Below the pieces are notes generated by a model that worked only from the letters and a program-made list of their open reading frames with translations, did not search any database and was not told where the DNA came from. Positions 25,148 to 32,000 of a stretch of DNA of 32,000 bases are shown in pieces (position 1 is the first letter of the stretch; each line of letters begins with the position of its first letter). This stretch comes from Erysipelotrichaceae bacterium (GTDB lineage Bacteria; Bacillota_I; Bacilli_A; Erysipelotrichales; Erysipelotrichaceae), in NCBI GenBank assembly GCA_050950925.1, contig JBMNIN010000003.1:347232-379231 (forward strand), in the 5' to 3' direction. Position numbers and translations under genes: made by a program.

Positions 25148-25333
25148 CAGTTATTGCCTCTCTTTTAAATCTCATCTTTTCTATATATTTGACTTTTCCT
25201 CCATCCTTTATATTCTAACATTATAAAAAACAATATGTTATTCATTTTCCATTAATAAACTGTTATTGCTTTAAATTATTCTTTATTTTTTGTAAAATGA
25301 GCAATTGTAAAGTAAAATATAGAAGGGATTATA

Positions 25334-26242
25334 ATGAAAAGAGTTTTAACATTTACAGTTGATAGAAATAGTGACAACAGCAAAGTTGCTGACTTTTTAT
25401 TGTTAAAAAATATTTCACGCAGTTGTATAACTGCCTTAAAAAAAGAAAAAGAAGGTATTAAGGTCAACAATAAAAAACAGTTTACTGATTATATTCTTAA
25501 AGAAAATGATGTAGTAAAAATATCTCTGGCTGAAAAAAATGACTACACTAAAATTGTTCCCGTCAGACTTGATTTTGAAATTGTTTATGAAGATGAAGAT
25601 ATCATAGTAATTAACAAACCTGCCAATATGACGGTTCATCCCTCTTTTAAATATTTTGATAGCAGTCTGGAAAATGGACTGGCTTATTATTTTTTGAAAA
25701 AAAATGAAGATATTGTCTGTCACTTCATCAATCGCTTAGATAAAGATACTACTGGACTGATGATAGTTGCTAAAAACCGCTTTGCAGCTAATATCCTATC
25801 ACAGGCAATTTTAAAAAAAGAAATTGAAAGAATGTACCTGGCTCTGGTTCAGGGGCAACTGGCTGATAAAACAGGCGTCATCAGTGCGCCGGTTGAAAGA
25901 GAAAGTCCAAATTCAATAATCAGAATTGTTAATTTTGAAAGTGGCAGAAAGGCTGTAACCAAATATGAAGTTGTTTATTATAATCCTGAAAATAATATTT
26001 CGTTAGTAAAACTTGAACTTTTAACCGGCCGGACTCATCAGATAAGAGTACACATGAAATATCTTGGTCATCCCTTAGTGGGCGATAATTTATACAATAA
26101 AACTAACCGACAGCTGAATCGACAGGCTTTACATAGCTGCTTTTTGAGTTTCAATCATCCAATCACAAATGAAAAACTCACCTTTAATAGCGGGATACCC
26201 TCAGACTTCACTACACTGGTCAATAAATGTTATAATGAATAG
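25334..26242 (+). CDS. rluD: RluA-family 23S rRNA pseudouridine synthase (RluD-type)
   Basis: S4-like N-terminus, HFINRLDKDTTGLMIVAK catalytic motif and GRTHQIRVHM. Confidence 0.8.
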   Translation: MKRVLTFTVDRNSDNSKVADFLLLKNISRSCITALKKEKEGIKVNNKKQFTDYILKENDVVKISLAEKNDYTKIVPVRLDFEIVYEDEDIIVINKPANMTVHPSFKYFDSSLENGLAYYFLKKNEDIVCHFINRLDKDTTGLMIVAKNRFAANILSQAILKKEIERMYLALVQGQLADKTGVISAPVERESPNSIIRIVNFESGRKAVTKYEVVYYNPENNISLVKLELLTGRTHQIRVHMKYLGHPLVGDNLYNKTNRQLNRQALHSCFLSFNHPITNEKLTFNSGIPSDFTTLVNKCYNE

Positions 26243-26265
26243 AATTTGAAAGGTAAGATAAACCA

Positions 26266-27609
26266 ATGGATTTCACAAATAAAAAAGTATTGGTAATGGG
26301 TTTAGCCCGAAGCGGACTTGCTGCAATAAGAGTTTTACATAAACTTGATGCAACAATTGTTTTAAGTGAAAGTAAAGATCAAAGCCAGATGAATGAATTA
26401 GAACTCCTGAAACAATTTAATGTAGAAATCGTAAAACAGGACAGGGAAGTTTTTACCAGGAATTATGATTTATGTGTCAAAAATCCTGGCGTTCCTTTTA
26501 ACAGTGAATTCATTAAACTGTTGAAAGAAAAAAATATCCCGGTTATAACAGAAATTGAACTGGCTTTTATAGTCAGCAAACCACAAAATTATATCGCTAT
26601 TACAGGAACCAACGGTAAAACAACTACTGCTACTTTAGTTTACCAGCTGTTAGAGAAACAGTTTGGAAACAAAGCTCATTTGTGCGGAAATATCGGTACT
26701 CCATTATGTGATATTGTTTTATCAGAAAATTTAATGGAAGAAGAAAATCACTATATCGCTTTAGAGATTTCCAATTTTCAATTGGTCAATATTGATAAAT
26801 TCAGACCGAAAATAGCGACCATCCTGAATCTTGCTCCAGATCATATCGATTTTATGGGTAATCTTGATTTCTATTATTATTCAAAAACATTAGTCTATAA
26901 GAATATGATTGATGATGATATCTTCTTGTTTAATCTGGATGACATAATAATCGGTGAATATATTGAAAAATACCCGATTAAATGTCATGTCAGCAGTTTT
27001 TCGCTGGAAACCTGTGAAGCCGACAACTTTATCTTTCAGGATTATATTTATATCGATAACGAAAAAGTACTGCCTCTAAAATGTATTAAGCTGGTTGGTC
27101 GACATAACCTTCAGAACATTCTGGTGGCAGTAAGCTGTGCAAAGAAGTTGGGGGTTTCTAATGAAAATATTTATAATGTTATCTCTAATTTTAAAGGTGT
27201 TGAACATCGGTTAGAGTTTGTAAAGGAAATTGATAAAGTAAAATATTATAATGATTCTAAAGCAACCAATACTGATGCTGCCATCACTGCTTTAAAATCA
27301 TTTGATAAAGGTGTTATCCTGCTTGTTGGAGGTTTTGAAAAAGGTTTAAGCATGGAACCTGTGATACCGTATTTAACCTGTGTCAAAAAGGTAATCGGAT
27401 TTGGAGCAAGTGGAAAAAGATTAGTTAATGATTTAGTCGGACAAAATGGAATTGTTGTTGATAATTTAAAGCAGGCTGTATTGCAAGCAAAAGAAATTGC
27501 CGTTGCTGATGATATTATCCTGCTTTCTCCAACAACTTCTTCATTTGACCAGTACAGCTGTTTTGAAGAAAGAGGAAAACATTTTAAGGAAATTGTAAAT
27601 TCCCTATAG
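26266..27609 (+). CDS. murD: UDP-N-acetylmuramoyl-L-alanine--D-glutamate ligase
   Basis: N-terminal Rossmann VLVMGLARSG, P-loop ITGTNGKTTT, NLAPDHID and HRLEFV motifs. 447 aa. Confidence 0.92.
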   Translation: MDFTNKKVLVMGLARSGLAAIRVLHKLDATIVLSESKDQSQMNELELLKQFNVEIVKQDREVFTRNYDLCVKNPGVPFNSEFIKLLKEKNIPVITEIELAFIVSKPQNYIAITGTNGKTTTATLVYQLLEKQFGNKAHLCGNIGTPLCDIVLSENLMEEENHYIALEISNFQLVNIDKFRPKIATILNLAPDHIDFMGNLDFYYYSKTLVYKNMIDDDIFLFNLDDIIIGEYIEKYPIKCHVSSFSLETCEADNFIFQDYIYIDNEKVLPLKCIKLVGRHNLQNILVAVSCAKKLGVSNENIYNVISNFKGVEHRLEFVKEIDKVKYYNDSKATNTDAAITALKSFDKGVILLVGGFEKGLSMEPVIPYLTCVKKVIGFGASGKRLVNDLVGQNGIVVDNLKQAVLQAKEIAVADDIILLSPTTSSFDQYSCFEERGKHFKEIVNSL

Positions 27610-27618
27610 TGAGGTAAA

Positions 27619-28419
27619 ATGGAAAGTAAAAATAAGCCAATTGGAATATTTGATTCCGGCGTTGGAGGTCTGACAGTTATCAACCATCTTTTAGAAGTTT
27701 TGCCAAATGAAAACTTCATCTTTTTTGCTGACAGTGCCAATATACCTTATGGTAATAAAGATAAAAAACAATTAAAAAAACTGGTTACAGATGATATAAA
27801 ATTTCTATCCGGATTCAATATCAAAGCGATAATTGTGGCCTGTAATACTGCTGACAGTGTTATTAATCAGGAAATAAAAAAGCATTCTAAAGTCGATATT
27901 ATCAGGCCGATAAAATCAACTGCCAAATTAGCAGTCAGACAGACAAAAAATAAAAAAATCGGTGTTCTGGCTACTAGGGCCACCTGTCTCAGCAATGACT
28001 ATCTGAATGAAATAAAAAAACATGATGAAACTGTTGAAGTTTATCAGCAGCCCTGTCCACTGTTGGCCAGTTATATTGAAAATCAGGATTATTTTAACAA
28101 CAGGGAAATAATGACTGATCTTATAAAACAATATTTAATTTCCCTGTTGGAAAAAGAAGTTGATACTATAATCTTAGGCTGCACTCACTACCCTTTAGCA
28201 TTAGAGTATTTAAAACCTTTAGCTGAGAATGTTAATTTTGTTTCATCTTCATTAGCTGCAGTTTTAGAGACTGAAAAACTTTTAACAGATAAAGATATGT
28301 TAGCTGATAAGGTGCATACAAGAATATTCTATACCAATGCTGATGTCGAAGAATTTAAACAGAAAACTGAACTGTTCATTACGGCAGATATTGAAAAAAT
28401 TATCAGAAAAGCTGAATAA
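27619..28419 (+). CDS. murI: Glutamate racemase
   Basis: IGIFDSGVGGLTV, with catalytic cysteines in ACNTA and GCTHYP. 266 aa, directly after murD. Confidence 0.92.
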   Translation: MESKNKPIGIFDSGVGGLTVINHLLEVLPNENFIFFADSANIPYGNKDKKQLKKLVTDDIKFLSGFNIKAIIVACNTADSVINQEIKKHSKVDIIRPIKSTAKLAVRQTKNKKIGVLATRATCLSNDYLNEIKKHDETVEVYQQPCPLLASYIENQDYFNNREIMTDLIKQYLISLLEKEVDTIILGCTHYPLALEYLKPLAENVNFVSSSLAAVLETEKLLTDKDMLADKVHTRIFYTNADVEEFKQKTELFITADIEKIIRKAE

Positions 28420-28500
28420 TGCTTATTTGATAGAACTCTTTACCTGAAAATTACATCACAATATGATAAATAATGTATAATAATTCCTGGAGGTAATTAT

Positions 28501-29292
28501 ATGAGTTACGAATTACACAATTTCATTAATGAAAACAGAATTGTAAAACAGCAGAAAGGTCCTTTCAGTGTAATAGAACATCAGTTTGACAAAAGTGTTA
28601 CTTCAAATACTGCTCAAACAGAATATTTTATGAGCAAAATGAATGTCAGACGCCGTCAACTATTAGTTGAACTGGATGGAAGAAATGAAGTCATAATACA
28701 AGCTGGAGCAATGCAATGGTATGTTGGCAATATCGAAGCTACCAGTGGAATTAAAGGAGCTTCAGATTTTTTAGGCAAAATGATTAAAGGTGCTGTTACC
28801 AAAGAATCTGCCAGTAAGCCACATTATATTGGAAAGGGAAAACTTATGTTAGAACCTACCTATAAACATTTGCTTTTAATAGATGTAAGTGATTATAAAG
28901 GTGGTCTGACACTTGAGGACGGTATGTTTTTAGCCTGTGAATCTACTGTCGACCAGAAAATTGTTTCCAGGACCAATTTATCCAGTGCCATTTTAGGTGG
29001 CGAAGGCTTGTTTAATCTTTCATTAAGCGGACATGGTATTGCTGCTTTAGAAAGCTATGTTCCCGAAGAAGAACTGATTGAAATCGAACTGGTTAACGAA
29101 ACACTGAAAATAGATGGAAACTTGGCTGTGTGCTGGTCATCTTCACTGGAATTTACCGTAGAAAAAGCAATAAGTTCTTTAATAGGTTCAGCAATTTCAG
29201 GTGAAGGATTTGTCAATGTTTATCGTGGAACCGGCAAAGTGCTGATGTGTCCTGTTGCTTCTACCAATTTACTTCAGACTATTCTTAAATAA
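28501..29292 (+). CDS. AIM24 family protein (DUF124)
   Basis: 263 aa. The ILGGEGLFNLSLSGHGIAALESY pattern and the GEGFVNVYRGTGKVLM tail are typical of the AIM24/TIGR00266 family. Confidence 0.7.
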   Translation: MSYELHNFINENRIVKQQKGPFSVIEHQFDKSVTSNTAQTEYFMSKMNVRRRQLLVELDGRNEVIIQAGAMQWYVGNIEATSGIKGASDFLGKMIKGAVTKESASKPHYIGKGKLMLEPTYKHLLLIDVSDYKGGLTLEDGMFLACESTVDQKIVSRTNLSSAILGGEGLFNLSLSGHGIAALESYVPEEELIEIELVNETLKIDGNLAVCWSSSLEFTVEKAISSLIGSAISGEGFVNVYRGTGKVLMCPVASTNLLQTILK

Positions 29293-29329
29293 GGTTTTAT
29301 CAGGATAAATAATTTTTAAATTTAGCCAG

Positions 29330-29357
29330 AAAAAACAACTGCGCAGTTGTTTTTTTA
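29330..29357. terminator. Bidirectional terminator between convergent genes
   Basis: AAAAAACAACTGC/GCAGTTGTTTTTTT perfect palindrome with flanking A and T runs. It overlaps the stop of the PHP gene. Confidence 0.75.
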
Positions 29358-30077
29358 CTGTTTTCTGGCAATGAACTCTTTGAACTTTTCTTTAGTTGTA
29401 TTGACAATTAAATCTTCGTCAAATCCAACATCATCAAGTAATTCAAGTGCTAAATCAAATCTGCCAATGTGTTGAGGGTCATGAGCATCAGAACTGACAA
29501 TTATATTCGTTCTGTATTCCATACATAGCTTCAACATCGTCCGATAATTTTCATAACAGTTAATTCTGAGATGTGGTTTGACAAGTGAACTGTTATTAAG
29601 TTCTAAGGCAACATCATATTTTTTTGCCGCTTTTACCAGACGCTGATAATTAACAGGAGCATTATCAGTATCAGGATGGGCAATAAAGTTTACTTTTGGA
29701 TGCTTCATACATTCAATCAGGTTATCAGTATTTTTTTCGGCTCCGACATCCTCATAACACATTAAATGAATGCCGACAATTCCATAATCTAAATCTTTGA
29801 AATATTTATCTTCCATTGAAATACTGCCATCATTTAAAACATTTAATTCACAACCATGAAATATTTCCACACCATATAAGACTTCAGGGGCTGACTCTTT
29901 AATATTCCAGAAATAAGCAGGAGAACAGGTGCCCATAATTCCAGGACCATGTTCTGATATCCCCAATAATTCAATTCCTTTTTCAGCAGCCGCCTGAGCC
30001 ATTTCTCTAATCGTACCATAGCCATGTCCACTGGCAATGGTATGAGTGTGCACGTCGCATACAATCTTACTTTTCAT
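29355..30077 (-). CDS. PHP-domain phosphatase (YcdX-like)
   Basis: CDVHTHTIASGHG N-terminus, SEHGP, and later His/Asp motifs (IAHPD, SSDAHD). 240 aa. Confidence 0.8.
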   Translation of the reverse strand: MKSKIVCDVHTHTIASGHGYGTIREMAQAAAEKGIELLGISEHGPGIMGTCSPAYFWNIKESAPEVLYGVEIFHGCELNVLNDGSISMEDKYFKDLDYGIVGIHLMCYEDVGAEKNTDNLIECMKHPKVNFIAHPDTDNAPVNYQRLVKAAKKYDVALELNNSSLVKPHLRINCYENYRTMLKLCMEYRTNIIVSSDAHDPQHIGRFDLALELLDDVGFDEDLIVNTTKEKFKEFIARKQ

Positions 30078-30235
30078 ATTCTCTCTTTCCAGCTGATATT
30101 ATTAGCACAAATAGTTTATCGGTCAAATTAAATGAATAATACTGATATCTCAATTAAAATACTCTCTTATGTCTCAATAATTCAAATATTGAAATATTAT
30201 GTTATTTCAACGTTTTTATAATAACATTTTGATTT

Positions 30236-31009
30236 TTATATTTCCAGTGGCTTATACATTAGAGTCGCCATTGCAAAAGGCAACTGTTTTTCCCATGTCG
30301 CTTCATTATGTAAGCCATTTTCAATAATTCTGCTTGTTACATTAACACCCTTTTCTATTAACATCGTGTTTATTTTGCAAAACATTGGAATACACTGTTC
30401 TGTTATTAAATCATCTGCTCCATAATCTGTATAGAGAGTCGTTTTTTTATCTATTTTATTTTCTTCAATTTCTTTGATAAGTTCTTGAGCATTGTACATA
30501 TAAAAAGGCGATAAAGCAGCACCTTTAGAAAAAATATTATTGTACTTTATCAGTCCGTAAACCGTCATTAACCCTCCCATTGAGGAACCCATCAGAAAAG
30601 TATTTTCTCTATCTGTCAAAGTGCGATATCTTCTGTCTATCTTTGGTTTCATATTTTTAATAAACCATTTAAAAGTATCATCACCATAGCCAGGACTTAA
30701 TTCTTCACCTTCAGAAAGAATTAGCGGATATGGTGAATATTCCATAATTCTTTCATTATTTTCTCCAAAATGACAGCTTACAGCACAGACTATTATTTCA
30801 GTTCCCTCTTTGTCTAAATATTCTTTCAGTCCCCAACTTTTTCCATATGTTGCATCACTGTCATAAAAAATATTATGACCATCAAACATATACAAAACCG
30901 GATATCTCTTTTTTCTGTTTCTTCTATATCCTTTCGGCAGATACAGATATACTTTTCTTTTTTCTAATCCAGTAAAAGCCGGATAATCAACATAAAACTT
31001 TTTAATCAT
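30236..31009 (-). CDS. Alpha/beta-hydrolase, putative esterase family (esterase D-like)
   Basis: YPVLYMFDGHN and the nucleophile elbow GSSMGG. I prefer the ATG at 31009 (MIKKF), which has a GGGAG SD, over the track start at 31030. Confidence 0.75.
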   Translation of the reverse strand: MIKKFYVDYPAFTGLEKRKVYLYLPKGYRRNRKKRYPVLYMFDGHNIFYDSDATYGKSWGLKEYLDKEGTEIIVCAVSCHFGENNERIMEYSPYPLILSEGEELSPGYGDDTFKWFIKNMKPKIDRRYRTLTDRENTFLMGSSMGGLMTVYGLIKYNNIFSKGAALSPFYMYNAQELIKEIEENKIDKKTTLYTDYGADDLITEQCIPMFCKINTMLIEKGVNVTSRIIENGLHNEATWEKQLPFAMATLMYKPLEI

Positions 31010-31069
31010 TTTTACAACTCCCGTTAACATTCTATCATAAAAATGTATCCAGTTATCGGATACAGATTT

Positions 31070-32000
31070 TTATTCTGTTCTTAAAGCATCCACCGGATTT
31101 TTATTGCTGGCACTTCTGGAAGGTATCAAACCGGAAATATAAGTCAGAATAACACTGATAACAATTAGAATACCGCCACTGTAAAGTGGTAAAACAGCTT
31201 TCAGGGAACTTATTTTTGTCAGTTTATATAAAATCTGATTTATCGGAATCAGCAATAAATTACTGCCAACTACTCCGATAATACCGGAAAGAAATCCTAC
31301 AATTATAGTTTCAGCATTAAATACTCTGGCAATATCTCTTTACTGGCTCCTACAGACCTTAAAATACCAATTTCTTTTGTTCTTTCCATAACTGAAATCA
31401 GGGTTATTACTCCTATCATTATCGAAGATACAACCAAAGAAATTGAAACAAAGGCAATCAGGACATAGGTAATCGCATCTATAATTGTTTTTATTGAACC
31501 CATCAGAATTCCAGTAATATCAACATAAGAAATTTCCTTGCCGGTATTTTTTACCATGATATTATAATTATCAATAAAACCTAAAAAAGCTTCCTTATTA
31601 TCAAAATTTCTGAAATAGATGGAAATAGAAGTAGGATCATCTACATCCTGATAACCCAAAGCTATCAGGTTAGTTTTATATGTTTTTGAATCAGTTGAAG
31701 ATAATACTGTTTCCATCAGTCTTGAAAGTTCTTCCTGTGAAGTATTAAATTTAAAGGCCTGAGTAAATTTGGCTGTATCAATTTCCATCAGATTACCGTC
31801 GAATATTTTCATCACAGGCTGAAGAAGAGCCTGTGATAAACCGGCTGTATTATTTACGATTACATCAGCCATTAAAGATTTAACTAACCCTGATGCCAGA
31901 TTATCAAAAATAAGATTCATATCTGTTGCCGGATTATAGTCTGGATCTTCAGTATCTACTGTAAAAATTGTCTGTACATATAAGTCAGCCAAAACCGGAA
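31070..32000 (-). pseudogene. FtsX/MacB-type ABC transporter permease, frameshifted; 5' end outside window
   Basis: The upstream frame ends ...ERTKEIGILRSVGASKEILPEYLMLKL* at 31303. The conserved continuation IARVFNAETIIVGFLSGIIGVVGSNLLLIPINQ...NPVDALRTE* is in another frame. The shift maps to AGTAAAGAGAT (plus about 31335-31345), where family members usually read GASK(R/K)DI. The frame is open at 32000. Confidence 0.65.

Overview
This is a low-GC Bacillota-type chromosomal segment, mostly housekeeping genes on both strands. They include TraB, LuxS, a LexA-like repressor divergent from dinB, a B12-riboswitch uptake pair, a GH36 alpha-galactosidase, rimO with a split transketolase, a six-tRNA cluster, rRNA modification enzymes, a CDF transporter, pcp, murD-murI, AIM24, a PHP phosphatase and an esterase. 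The standout is a minus-strand three-gene operon at 9628..15478, wedged between the alpha-galactosidase and the transketolase operon. It encodes (i) a 995-aa Zn-ribbon + TIR + STAND P-loop NTPase + TPR-like protein, (ii) a 298-aa cupin-Nudix fusion with a degenerate Nudix box, and (iii) a 633-aa membrane protein with 2 TM helices, two Rossmann/KTN-like GxGxxG modules and a C-terminal RyR-like domain. A near-consensus promoter and about 500 bp of further ORF-free DNA lie upstream. I read it as a candidate NAD-derived-signal antiphage module whose gene combination matches no described system I know; this is inference from motifs only. Other notable points are an apparently leaderless dinB whose -35 lies inside a perfect palindromic operator, an orphan terminator within nested inverted repeats upstream of the CDF gene, and a GNAT-HAD fusion translationally coupled to the alpha-galactosidase. 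Three genes are frameshifted, which means either gene decay or assembly indels. All domain calls come from motif reading of the supplied translations; no searches were run.
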